From assembly GCA_951406725.2 (NCBI GenBank), contig OX597817.1, positions 101,308,001 through 101,372,000 on the forward strand: DNA of 64,000 nt, in the 5' to 3' direction. Numbering within the stretch: the first letter of the stretch is position 1; each line of letters opens with the position of its first letter. The stretch comes from Octopus vulgaris. Taxonomy: Eukaryota. The notes under the pieces were generated by a model. The model did no database searches and had not been told where the DNA came from. It saw only the letters and a program-made list of their open reading frames with translations. Of the stretch, positions 11,969 through 23,945 are shown one piece after another. The position numbers and the translations under genes were made by a program.

Positions 11969-12996
11969 TGCAATTAGAGCTGTGCTATAAGACCTCTACT
12001 GTAGGAATGAACAGGTACCTATCTAGTACAAAGGACTGGATGCTGCGACTTGTGCGCGAACACGAAAGCAACAAAAAGCTGCATTCTATTGTCAAGGAAG
12101 CTTATAAGTTCGAAAGGGAACTAGACATTAACCTTGAATCAGATGAAGAGCCGGAAACCACTGCTACCAAGCAAGCAAAGCGAATCAAGCAGACTGCAAA
12201 AAAGAACGGGCAGAATCAAATTGAGAGGCGGTGGAGCCAGAAGCCCCTGCATGGACAATATATTCTCCGAAGCCAAAATGCTGATGTAGACCAAGCAACA
12301 ACCCATCAGTGGCTGAAGAGCTCTGGATTGAAAGCAGAGACTGAAGGTTTCATAATGGCAGCACAAGATCAAAGCTTGTTTACCAGAAATTACCAGGCTA
12401 ACGTTCTCCGAAACGGTACTGACCCTAAATGCAGATTCTGCGACACATTTGACGAAACGATAGACCATCTCGTTTCGGGATGTCCTGTGCTGACACCAAA
12501 CGAATACAAAAATCGCCACGATAGGGTAGGACACTATATACATTGGAAGATATGTAAACACTACAAATCCGACACTCCTGCTAACTGGTATGAACACCAT
12601 CCTCAGCCAGTTGTTGAAGGTAAAGATGTCACCATCCTCTGGGATTTTCCAGTCAACACTGACAGAACGATCAAGGCTAATCGACCAGACATAATTGTTA
12701 AAGACAGGGAAGAAAATACCTGCAGACTAATAGAAGTAAGCGTCCCCACTGATAAAAATGTATCTGTCAAGGAATTTGACAAACTTAGTAAATATAAGGA
12801 CCTGGAAATCGAAATACAGAGGATGTGGAATCTTAAAACAAAAACTGTTCCTGTTATTGTAGGTGCCCTAGGTATGATAAAAAAGGGATGTCAGAAACAC
12901 CTAGACAATATCCCTGGAAAACCATGTCTCAAGGAAATCCAAAAGATTGTGCTAACAAGTACTGCCCACATCCTTAGAAAAACCCTATCAATGTAA
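11965..12996 (+). CDS. R4/Dong ORF, C-terminal CCHC knuckle and restriction-like endonuclease (continuation after a frameshift)
   Basis: CRFCDTFDETIDHLVSGC, RHD, NRPDIIV..LIEVSVP..K..KY. The junction should read GGRG, so one base is missing at ~11955-11960. Confidence 0.9.
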   Translation: MMQLELCYKTSTVGMNRYLSSTKDWMLRLVREHESNKKLHSIVKEAYKFERELDINLESDEEPETTATKQAKRIKQTAKKNGQNQIERRWSQKPLHGQYILRSQNADVDQATTHQWLKSSGLKAETEGFIMAAQDQSLFTRNYQANVLRNGTDPKCRFCDTFDETIDHLVSGCPVLTPNEYKNRHDRVGHYIHWKICKHYKSDTPANWYEHHPQPVVEGKDVTILWDFPVNTDRTIKANRPDIIVKDREENTCRLIEVSVPTDKNVSVKEFDKLSKYKDLEIEIQRMWNLKTKTVPVIVGALGMIKKGCQKHLDNIPGKPCLKEIQKIVLTSTAHILRKTLSM

Positions 12997-13157
12997 ATGT
13001 CTGTGTTTGCATTACATGGAGATATATCTCTACCTCCCCTCCCCAAGCTTTCAGCTATATTTCAACAACTCTTAACCTTCACTTGCCCTAGGGCGCTGGG
13101 TGTGCCCCGGCAGGTGATTGCATCAAACATGCAGATTAAAAGTAAATGACAATGATG

Positions 13158-13366
<209 letters not shown>

Positions 13367-13367
13367 T

Positions 13368-13921
13368 GCCCTGATGCAGTACCAGGCAGTGGCTCTCATG
13401 GCTCCTGATCTTAACTGATTGGAAGTGTTATCATGTACATTGTTTTGTCTTGGTATAAAAGATGGGCTACAGCAAATATTCTGCTCAATACCACAGATTT
13501 GCTTGTCAGTTGTTTGACCTTAACCAGTTGAGCATGTCCCTTAGTGGCTGACGATATGTGCATCTCTGATCACGAGCAGAAGTAGTGGGGGGGCATCATA
13601 GCCATGTGTTGAGAAGGATTCTTTGGGGTTTGAATAATTCACCTCTGGAAACATGGGTGTTTCGTTCAACGTCCTTAAACAACCCTTATTCAGGGACCTT
13701 TTGAGCGGGATGGGTTACTCGATCTGAAGAAAATTCTAACTGGGCTCCACCTGCAAGGTCATGTGCTGTTTATCTTGATATGAGATCACCATGTCGCGCA
13801 CATATGGTTGTGATGCATGTGCCTGGTGTACCCTTATCAGACGGGTAGTCATGATGGGTATACTGGGCTTCGTATATTTTACCCCAGTGTCACTTTGATG
13901 GCATGCTCTGCTCGCTCACTC
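13368..13921 (+). mobile_element. 553-bp non-coding element, copy 2 (variant subtype)
   Basis: Same ends as copy 1 and TAA-flanked; carries different diagnostic bases such as GGGCTACAGCAAAT and GTACCCTTATC. Confidence 0.9.
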
Positions 13922-13975
<54 letters not shown>

Positions 13976-15056
13976 TTCGGAGATAGATATACAAGAAACA
14001 AGCACAGAAAAAGCTAGGCGCATGAAAACCCGTGCCAAAACTGCGGCCTTAGATATTCTGAATAATAAATGGCAAGAAAAACCTCTCTATGGCAAATACC
14101 CAAAGAGAGCGAATAATGCAGATATCGACAAAGCCCTGACCCATCAATGGCTAATGGCCTCTGGCTTAAAATCTGAAACAGAGGGGTTTATCATAGCAGC
14201 TCAAGATCAATGCCTACCAACAAGAAACTACCAGGCCAACATATTAAAGATCAGAAGCAGTCCAACGTGTCGTGTATGCAAGCAACAAAATGAAACCATT
14301 GACCATGTGGTCTCCAAGTGCAGTCTTCTAGCGCCTACAGAGTATCTCAACAGGCACGATAGAGCTGCACAATATATTCACTGGGTAATCTGTAAAAACC
14401 TGGATTTGCCCCATGAAAAAAACTGGTGGGAACACAAACCACCCCCAGTGCTTGAAAATGACCACATCTCACTCCTCTGGAACTTCACCATTCAAACTGA
14501 CAGGAAGATAGATGCAAATAGGCCAGACATCATATTGAAAAACTTCAAACAAAGAACATGCCTCCTCATTGATATGACTGTCCCAATCGATATAAACGTA
14601 TCTGTCAAGACCTACCAAAAACTGAGCAAATATAAAGATCTTGAAATAGAAATCAGCAAAATGTGGAAGCTGAAGACTAAAACAATACCTGTTGTCATAG
14701 GTGCCCTGGGAATGATAGCAAAAGGGGCTGATAGCTACCTAACTCAGATACCAGGAAACCCAAAAATGGCAGAAGTTCAAAAGATAGTGCTCATGGGAAC
14801 TGCTCATATCCTACGCAAAATACTCTCTATGTAATCTCAAGGTTTAAAACAAACATAATTTTCGGTTTAAAAAAAAGAAAAAAAAAAAACCTTTTTTTTT
14901 TTTATTTTTAGACATTCATTAGTACAACATCCCCACCCCCAAATATATGGCACACTAGGCATAACAACAACATGAACTTCCAACCCTGTTGTCTCTTGAG
15001 GTCTCTGGGTGAGACTTGGAGCCAACTTGTACAATATAAAGCAAAAGTCAAACATA

Positions 15057-15057
<1 letters not shown>
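13976..15057 (+). mobile_element. 5'-truncated R4/Dong LINE (second family), open endonuclease ORF 14022-14834
   Basis: CRVCKQQNETIDHVVSKC, RHD, NRPDIIL, IPVVIGALG. (TAA)n on both sides. Confidence 0.9.
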
Positions 15058-15090
<33 letters not shown>

Positions 15091-15091
<1 letters not shown>

Positions 15092-15644
15092 CCCTGATGC
15101 AGTACCAGGCAGTGGCTCTCATGGCTTCTGATCTTAACTGATTGGAAGTGTTATCATGTACATTGTTTTGTCTTGGTATAAAAGATGGGCTAAACAAATA
15201 TTCTGCTCAATACCACAGATTTGCTTGTCAGTTGTTTGACCTTAATCAGTTGAGCATGTCCCTTAGTGGCTGACGATATGTGCATCTCTGATCACGAGCA
15301 GAAGTAGTGGGGGAACATCATAGCCATGTGTTGAGAGGGATTCTTTGGGGTTTGAATAATTCACCTCTGGGAACATGGGTGGTTCTTTCAACATACTTAA
15401 ACAACCCTTATTCAGGGACCTTTTGAGCGGGATGGGCTACTCGACCTGAAGAAAATTCTAACTGGGGCCCCACCTGCAAGGTCATGCGCTGTTTATCTTG
15501 ATATGAGATCACCATGTCGCGCACATATGGTTGTGATGCATGTGCCTGGTGTACCTTTATCAGACGGGTAGTCATGATGGGTATATTGGGCTTCGTATAT
15601 TTTACCCCAGTGTCACTTTGATGGCATGAACTGCTATCTCACTC
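15091..15644 (+). mobile_element. 553-bp non-coding element, copy 3
   Basis: Nearly identical to copy 1; TAA-flanked. Confidence 0.9.
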
Positions 15645-15708
15645 AATAATGATAATAATAATAATAATAATAATAATGATAATAATAATAATAATAATAA
15701 TAATAGTA

Positions 15709-15764
<56 letters not shown>

Positions 15765-15765
<1 letters not shown>

Positions 15766-16317
15766 CCTTGATGCAGTACCAGGCAGTGGCTCTCATGGCT
15801 TCTGATCTTAACTGATTGGAAGTGTTATCATGTACATTGTTTTGTCTTGGTATAAAAGATGGGCTAAACAAATATTCTGCTCAATACCACAGATTTGCTT
15901 GTCAGTTGTTTGACCTTAATCAGTTGAGCATGTCCCTTAGTGGCTGACGATATGTGCATCTCTGATCACGAGCAGAAGTAGTGGGGGAACATCATAGCCA
16001 TGTGTTGAGAGGGATTCTTTGGGGTTTGAATAATTCACCTCTGGGAACATGGGTGGTTCTTTCAACATACTTAAACAACCCTTATTCAGGGACCTTTTGA
16101 GCGGGATGGGCTACTCGACCTGAAGAAAATTCTAACTGGGCCCCACCTGCAAGGTCATGCGCTGTTTATCTTGATATGAGATCACCATGTCGCGCACATA
16201 TGGTTGTGATGCATGTGCCTGGTGTACCTTTATCAGACGGGTAGTCATGATGGGTATATTGGGCTTCGTATATTTTACCCCAGTGTCACTTTGATGGCAT
16301 GAACTGCTATCTCACTC
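15765..16317 (+). mobile_element. 553-bp non-coding element, copy 4
   Basis: Nearly identical to copies 1 and 3; TAA-flanked. Confidence 0.9.
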
Positions 16318-16318
16318 A

Positions 16319-16375
<57 letters not shown>

Positions 16376-16380
16376 GTAAT

Positions 16381-16450
<70 letters not shown>

Positions 16451-16679
16451 GATTACATGCATATGTTTATATGAATATTGATATATATGAATCTAGATAC
16501 ACACTGAAGCACACATATATACACAAAAAGAAGAGACTGGCAGTGACTTCAAAGCTGAGTAATTTTCTTTGTAAAAATGAACATGATCTCTGAATGTATC
16601 CAATGATTCTTCAATTATTATTTGGCTATGAATATATACACGCAAATACATACAAATAAACATGTGTGTTTGTATGCAC

Positions 16680-16721
<42 letters not shown>

Positions 16722-16867
16722 TACGTGTGTTACTCCGGTAATAAATATCTATGCAACTTGTGTACAACAGCAAGCCTTGAAAATACAATTTCCAAGGTCC
16801 CCTTCCTGAGAAAACGTTCTGAACACATTACGTTTTTCATAGAATTAATCTTTAACGTGTACAAATA

Positions 16868-18153
16868 CGAGGGGCGTTCAATAAGTAATGCCCCTGACCC
16901 ACTTCCCATAGCAGTAGAGCAACGAAACTTGGCACAGTTATTAGTCTTTTTCTACATAGGAACCATCCAGAGTTACGTATTTCTCCCATTGCTTGATGCA
17001 GCTCTGGAGACCGTTTTTGTAGAAGACCCCAGCTTGGTCCTCCAACCTCAACGTGACTTCAGAAATCAAGGCTGCATCATCTGGGAAACGCTTTCCTTTC
17101 AAAAACAACTTCATGGCTGGGAAGAGGTGAAAATCAGAGGGTGCAAGGTCAGGAGAGTAGGGGGATGGGGGAGGAGTTCATAGCCATACGCCTGTGCTTC
17201 TGATCTGGCGACAAGCGAGTTGTGGACCGGAGCGTTGTACTGCAGGAGGAGGATGCCTTTGCTGATCTTGCCCCGCCTCTTGATTTTGATAACTTCTCTT
17301 AATTTCCTCAAAAGTGAAGCATAATAGGCTCCTGCAATTGTGGTACCCTTTGCCAGGAAATCTATCATCACTACTCCGTCCTGGTCCCAGAAGACTGTGA
17401 GCATGACCTTGCCAGCGGAGGGCTGCACCCTTGCCTTCTTTGGAGGAGGTGAGTCACGGTGCTTCCACTGCATTGACTGGGCTTTGGTGTCTGGATCATC
17501 GTGATGGACCCAGGTTTCATCCTGTGTAATCAGTCTTTTGAAAAATTTTGACTCATCTTCTTGGCACATCTCCAAATTCACCCTCGAGCACTCGACGCGT
17601 TCTTGCTTCTGGAAAGGCGTGAGCAACTTGGGAATCCATCTGGCAGACACCTTTTGCATATGCAAATGGTCATGAATGATAGTTTCCACAGACCCGGTAC
17701 TAATCTTGACCTCATGGGCTATTTGGCGAATAATTATGCGTCGATCTTCCAAAATGGCAGTCTCAACTTGACGGACAGATGCCTCATCAATGGCAGAAGG
17801 GGCGACCAGATCTGGGAGCTGTTTCCATAGAGTTCCGACCATGTTTGAATTCACGATGCCAGCGTTTTACAAGGTCATATGATGGGGCATCATCACCATA
17901 AGTTACTTTCATTTCATCAAAAGTCTCCCGTGGTGTGCGTCCTTTCAAATACAAAAACCGGATCACTGCTCGACACTCAACAGGCTCCATTTCACACTTG
18001 ACTCGGTTCAAACACCTGTAAATCAGAAACCACAATTAATTCAGAACTGTAATTTGTCACTTACTCTATAGAGATATAAATGCACATGCAAAATTTCAGC
18101 TAGATCAAACAACTGCAAGTGGGTCAGAGGCATTACTTATTGAACGTCCCTCG
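16868..18153 (-). mobile_element. Full-length mariner (DD34D) DNA transposon, 1286 bp, TA target duplication
   Basis: TIRs CGAGGGGCGTTCAATAAGTAATGCC / GGCATTACTTATTGAACGTCCCTCG, flanked by TA at 16866-67 and 18154-55. Confidence 0.95.
16941..17990 (-). pseudogene. Mariner transposase, frameshifted
   Basis: MEPVECRAVIRFL HTH, RSGRP, WIPKLL (WVPHEL motif), ITQDETW, LLQYNAPVH (second catalytic D changed to Y), HPP(Y)SPDLAPSD region. At least two frameshifts. Confidence 0.9.
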
Positions 18154-18820
18154 TATCTATGTTGAACATATTAACTTCAGTCAGTGCTTATATACACGCT
18201 AATCTACTCTTTTGTAAAACTAGCAATTTTGTTTTTGTCCCTTTATTGAGCACAAGTTTTGATGCGTTTCATTATATTACTTCAAATAGTTTCTACTGTA
18301 AACTAACACCTTACATCATACAATTCTCCTCTCATACAATCTAATTTTTCCCTATAACTATATTTTTCCAACTATATTTACCACTTGGAAAATTACCATT
18401 TCTAAATCTCACAACGTGAGATAATCAGCAACAGTACTTTGTAGTAAAGATTGGTTGCCAACATAACATGGCAGTCCTAGTTTAGGAGTGTAATTTAGCC
18501 CGAGGAGACATCGTCTCCAGTTGGCTATACGACACGATCTGTGTCCTTATATTTTCGAACAAGGGAAGGTAGCACTCCCACTCAGCTCAAAAGAATTTCT
18601 GTGTATATCTCGATTTCTGGATTATTTCTCTTCATCAGCACAGCATAATTGCTCAGCTAGAGGTGGCGCTGCAAAATTCCCGTTCGAAATATATAGTTTT
18701 CAAAGTGACAACTAGTTACTGACTTATAAATTAGAAAATTACTATTTCTAAATCATTATTCATCACCTTCAATTTATCTCCTACCATGCTCCTACGGTTC
18801 CGTTAATAACATATTAGTTA

Positions 18821-19164
18821 GGCGCAAGCGTGACCGTGTGGTAAGAAGCTTGCTTCCCAACCGCATGTTTCCGGGTTCAGTCGCATGTTTCCGGGTTCAG
18901 GAGGTTTCAACCAAAACCTCCTGAAAGAAGCCCGTCGTATATATGTGTGTGGGAGTGTCTCAGTCTATGTTTGTCGCCCCATCACTGCTTGGCAACCACT
19001 GTTGAGGTGTTTACGTCCCCGTAACTTAGTGGATCAACAAAAGAGACTGGTAGAATAAGTGCTAGGCTTAAAAACTAAGTCTTGGGGGCGATTTGTTCGA
19101 CTAAAATCCCTCAATGCAGTACTCCAGCATGGCCGCAGTGAAATAACTAAAACAAGTAAAAGAA
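18821..19164 (+). mobile_element. tRNA-derived SINE
   Basis: A-box-like GTGACCGTGTGGT, B-box-like GGTTCAGTC (locally duplicated), internal (TG)n, tail CCAGCATGGCCGCAG...AAACAAGTAAAAGA. Other partial copies occur in the window. Confidence 0.75.
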
Positions 19165-19639
19165 TATTCATAAATTCGCCCACCAACTCCTCATAGCGCA
19201 TCTTTTCCACCGTCTCCTCATTTCTCTATCTTATACTATTTCGCAGCGTACTACTTAAAATTATTATTACTGTCAGTATTGTTGCTGTTACTCTCATCAC
19301 CATTTTATATATTATATTTATTTTCAAACAAGTATATTTCATACACTCTATTTATCTTTCAAAGGAAACGATATATTTTGAAGTTTGAATAATGTTTAAG
19401 TACAAAATTCATTTTAACTCATGCTTAGCTAATTATGTGATACTTTGTACAGCTTTGGTTCTTGTTGCATCACACTTTTATATTCATGTCTTCTTTTTCT
19501 TCGTGATTATTAACGCTTATCATACATTAACTACTAATTGAGTTATATTCTTTAAAACGTAAATTAAAAAATATGATACAAATTTAAAGAAAACATTTGC
19601 TTCAGCGTTATTTATTTTTTTTTTACATTAATCTTAATC

Positions 19640-19936
19640 TTATTTAGGCCAGAGTTCTTTCGTCACACTCCTGTGACCGCATCAGTGGTCCTTTGCTTTC
19701 TTCTTTCTTATTTGTGTGTCTCTCCTTACTAGCGGTCAGCCAGTTTGTATTTTGTTTTTCTATTGTATGTGTCTTCATTTGCGCATGCGTATATCTCTAT
19801 GTGTGTCTATGTTTAGTTATTGTGTGGGGGGAGAGCCTGTAATATTTGTATCTCCTGTTTATATAGTTTGTGTAATTTGTTTTTTTCGTGTTTTTGTTTT
19901 TGTTTATTTTTATTTTGTTCATGTGTTTACACCTAC

Positions 19937-20024
<88 letters not shown>

Positions 20025-22369
20025 GTATGTATGTACGTACGTACGTATGTATGTATGTATGTATGTATAATAATAATAATAGTAATATTTTTTTAAAATG
20101 TATATAGCTATTTACTTCCATTTGTTTATTTATCTGTGTATTTTATTTTATTATGTTTTCAGTTTTCAGTTCTGTTTATATCGCAACCAGTTCATCGGGA
20201 TCTTCTATCATATGCTGTGGTGTGTGCTAGTGTTCCATTCCAGTTTCCTATTCAGGCTAGGTTTATCTTCTATTATGTGTGTAGCTTCCGTAATTTGTCT
20301 GATTGTTGCGCCTGTTCTATGTGTGGACAAGATTTTAACTTCTATGTTTTTGATTAAGCCCCCGTGTTCCTGCTCGGTGTGTTGGTACAGAACCGATGAG
20401 CTCTTTCCTTCCTTAAGTTCTCTCAAATTTTCATTTACCCGCTTTCCTATGCTCCGTGCTGTTTCCCCTACGTATGTCGTTGTTTTGTTACTGCATCGTC
20501 CTTCTATACGTCTTATACTATAGACTACATTTCTGGCTTTACAGTTTGTTTGTGGGCTAAATCTACACTCAGTACAGTTCCTATCCGTACAGGGGATTCT
20601 ACAAAAAAGGGTAGGTTCTACCGATTATGGATTTGATAGGGCTGCCTGGCCTTTCAACAACCTTAATCCCCAGCTTAAGTTTGTCTAAGGCCCTTCTAGG
20701 GGTGGTATCGACTAACATGACACTCAGGTATTTGTGGCTATCATACCAAGAGTTGGCCATCCCTATTTTCTTCTTTGTCCTTTCAATAGTGTCCCATTCC
20801 TATCATTACATAAGATAGTATCGAATTTCTTCATGGCTCCTTTGTATACTCTGATCCTTTCTTTATGGCTGTAACCTGAGAACTGCATGCGGTGAACGAA
20901 ATGTTGTATGTGTCTCCTTAACTCTGTAGGCTCGTACATGCAGGACACATTTCGCATTATTCTGACAAGGCCTGCCATCAAAATATTGAATTTGGCATTG
21001 TCCGCGATAGCTGAGTTCCGGTGGATCAAGTATTTGGAGGCCATAGGTTTGGCATAGTACGAATGAAAGATTTGGGTTTTATTATTCTCAGTTTCTAACC
21101 AGAGTTCTGTGTCTAGTACTGGTAGTCTATGGTTAGGGTGTTTAGTAGGGTAGTCTATCGTGACCTTAGTACTCTGGTGGATGGAGTTAGCTATTTGCTG
21201 GATGCTCTCCATAGTATTAGTTTCTATTTCTATTTCAAGAGTACTCTCTTGTGGGGGTGCCTTTACCACTATGTTGATATCATCAACATAGCGAGAGTAC
21301 ATGTTCACGAGTATGGAGTTCTCTGTTAGGTGTTCCCTAAGCCTTCTGTCCCACCATACCATGAAAAGGTTGGCCATTTCACCGGCGATACTAACGCCGA
21401 TGGCTGCCCCCTCGTCCTGGGCATACATTTTATTGTTAAACTTAAACGTGTGGCCTTTTAGGGTAACTCTTATACCAGCTCCTAGTGCATGTGCAATCAT
21501 TTTCTTTACCTTATGGACACTTGCAGGGGTCCGTATGTCTCTGGTCCATCCGCTTCATCTCTCTATATGGGTCTTCCTAGGCATAGAAGTAATTGTGGGT
21601 GGCCTACCTCTTACACGTCTACTGGGGCAGAAACTACTATGATTATGTTTATCTAGGTATTCGTTGTCATGTGTCAGTCTAAGTAGGAGGCCCAGTTCCT
21701 CTGTGTTGACATTGTGGAACTCCACATCGCTATCGTTGATCATCTCCACGCACTTCTCCACCGCAAAATCCACGTCGATCGATGGGTATAGGGATACCAC
21801 CTCCATGCTACCCACCATACATCCTGTCAGGTCGCAAGTGTTGTTACAGTTGTTGATCCTGCTGAGGAGATCTTCCGTGCTGTCACAAACATCAGGTGAC
21901 ATCCGGATTATAGGGTGTATGATCATTGAGAAGAAGTAGGAGATCCTGTGGTTGCTAGCGATATTCGCTCCACAGTCTGGTCTTGTTGGTGGTCCAGCTG
22001 CAGTTGTCAGTGGTTACTTTATGGTCCTTGCGAAGTCCATACAGTGTCGGCATATCGTTGTTCCAGGCTTGGAAATTGTTAGCTGCGCGTTTCTTGGGTT
22101 CCAGAACAATTGTCCACATCATCATGTGGGCGTTGAGGACATTTTTTCTCTCCTCATGCGCCTGTAAAGTTGTTACTTTCGTATTGGCGATATGAGGTTG
22201 CATTGCCTGGATGTAGTTCGGTAAGCTGTCTATTGATATCCTGTCGGACTTATCTGTGGGAAGGCATACCACCTCTCCGTTTCTCGTGCGCTGAATGAGC
22301 TTACGTAGGTCACATGCGGGTTTAATTCCGAGTTGTTGGGCCTCTGTCTTATTCTGTCTCTGTCTCTTA

Positions 22370-22372
<3 letters not shown>
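19640..22372 (-). mobile_element. Penelope-like element (RT plus C-terminal GIY-YIG endonuclease), decayed and 5'-truncated at (TA)n
   Basis: PTDKS, GSMEVVSLYPSI, YAQDEGAAIG, YSRYVDDI, LPVLD, then NVVYSI..YVGETARS and QITEA..I..LNRKLEW. Hammerhead-like motif in the 3' UTR. Confidence 0.9.
19647..19691 (-). ncRNA. Type I hammerhead-like ribozyme motif (variant core)
   Basis: CCA-CTGATGC-G-GTCAC-AGGAGT-GTGAC-GAAA-GAAC-TC-TGG. Helix I CCA/TGG, stem II GTCAC/GTGAC, CUC triplet; A9 is replaced by C. Confidence 0.55.
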
Positions 22373-22405
<33 letters not shown>

Positions 22406-22649
22406 ATGGTATTATTAAAATACCATCACGAGTGGTAAGTTAATTATCAGCCGTAGAGGCAAATTAATAAAATATATAGATACAATATTAAATATGTATA
22501 TGTATGTATGTATGTAGGTATGTATGTATGCATGTATGGATGGATGTATGCATAAAATCATATATATACATATATATTTGTATACATATACACATATGTA
22601 TATTTATACATATACATACACTCATATATACATACGCATCTCCATATAT

Positions 22650-22810
22650 AATGTCTTCGTAGCGACGTTCCCTATTTATTATTCGTCCTAAGCACGCGAA
22701 GTTTTTGACGTGCCCAGTTTTCTGCCCATCTACCTTTATCTTTTCTCCCTGTTGTTCTTGTTTCCAAATAAGCATTATTTTTATCTTTTTTACATTCATA
22801 TTTTAACCTT
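22650..22810 (-). mobile_element. Short decayed RTE-like RT fragment
   Basis: NVKKIKIM..IKVDG..HVKNFACLGRII resembles the RTE pattern N.KKTK.M..V..F.YLGS.I. Confidence 0.5.
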
Positions 22811-23790
22811 TCTATACATGCATATCCGTACACACACACACAAACACAGATGCATGTTATGCATGTTACGTATGTAGCATGTACTGATGTATTTATCCAC
22901 ACAGGTGGATACCTGAGAGTGCTTTGTAAATTAATTATGATATATATTTGTACGCATACACACACATATACATGTATACATGCATATGTGTGTTTGGGTA
23001 TATATGTAATATATATTTGTGAATGTACGCATGTACTGTTGTGCATGTATTTATGCGTGTATGTATAAAGTTAACGTACACAATTATATGTATATAGACA
23101 TTTGCACAAATATATTATGAACTGTTTCGAGACTAACGTTTCATTTATCATAGAAGGTCTCATGCTTGTCGATGGGATTTGATTTTAAGGTACATTTTTA
23201 CATAAATGTTGTATGAATGTAAATACGTGTAAAAATATAATGAATAAACGTATCTTCATTTTTGTTTTGCTTCTTCTTCCAAACTATAAATGAACACATG
23301 GAATTATAAACAGTGGTAATATTTCGTGCTCCATATACTGCACTATACACTCGCACCTGCACATGAATGCGTGTCTCTCAGTGGTTAAGGAGCTAGGATA
23401 GTGTCTCCCATTCCAGAAATGCTTTGTGTCCTTCCGCAAAACGCTACATTCACGTTGCTCCAGTATATTCAACTGAAAATGTAAAAAATGAACAACAGCC
23501 GAGTGCTTCTACATCTCTCTCTCTCCCCCGCCTCTCTCTCTCTTGCTGTTGTACTGTCGACGTTTAGCTGAGTTAAGGATGGGATGACTATGTATACTCT
23601 TTCTTTCATATATACCGAAAACATTTAGTGGAATCGTTGTCCAAGTTCCAATATCATGCATACTTACGACTATTGTGTGAGAATATATATATATGCATAT
23701 GATGAATGAGTAAAAACAAGAAAATCACAAAAAGAGGGAGACATTTTAACAAAAGTGTTATCAGTATAGCGATTGAAGGGAATGGGAAAT

Positions 23791-23838
23791 GGTCTTTAAC
23801 CTTTCGGATGCTAGCCCTTTCCTTCATCAGATAAAAAA
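23791..23838 (-). ncRNA. Hammerhead-like motif in a Penelope-like terminal remnant (~23700-23850)
   Basis: CTGATGA-A-GGA-AAGGGCTAGCA-TCC-GAAA-GGTT-AAAGA. Stem III is probably mutated from GAAACGTT. Confidence 0.5.
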
Positions 23839-23854
23839 TGAAGGGAGGGTGGAA

Positions 23855-23945
23855 AGAAGAAGAAGAAGAAGAAGAAGAAGAAGAAGAAGAAGAAGAAGAA
23901 GAAGAAGAAGAAGAAGAAGAAGAAGAAGAAGAAGAAGAAGAAGAA
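23855..23945. repeat. (GAA)n microsatellite
   Basis: Directly visible; source of the spurious poly-E, poly-R and poly-L ORFs. Confidence 0.97.

Larger units (their letters stand above)
8549..13150 (+). mobile_element. Apparently full-length R4/Dong-clade non-LTR retrotransposon inserted in (TAA)n
   Basis: ~540-bp 5' UTR, single long ORF split by one frameshift, ~150-bp 3' UTR, (TAA)n on both sides. Dong-type elements are known to target TAA repeats. Confidence 0.93.

Noticed and set aside
11950-11970. Programmed ribosomal frameshift between the two Dong ORFs
   Set aside because: R4/Dong elements are single-ORF, the paralogue at ~63660 is continuous through GGRG, and there is no canonical slippery heptamer.
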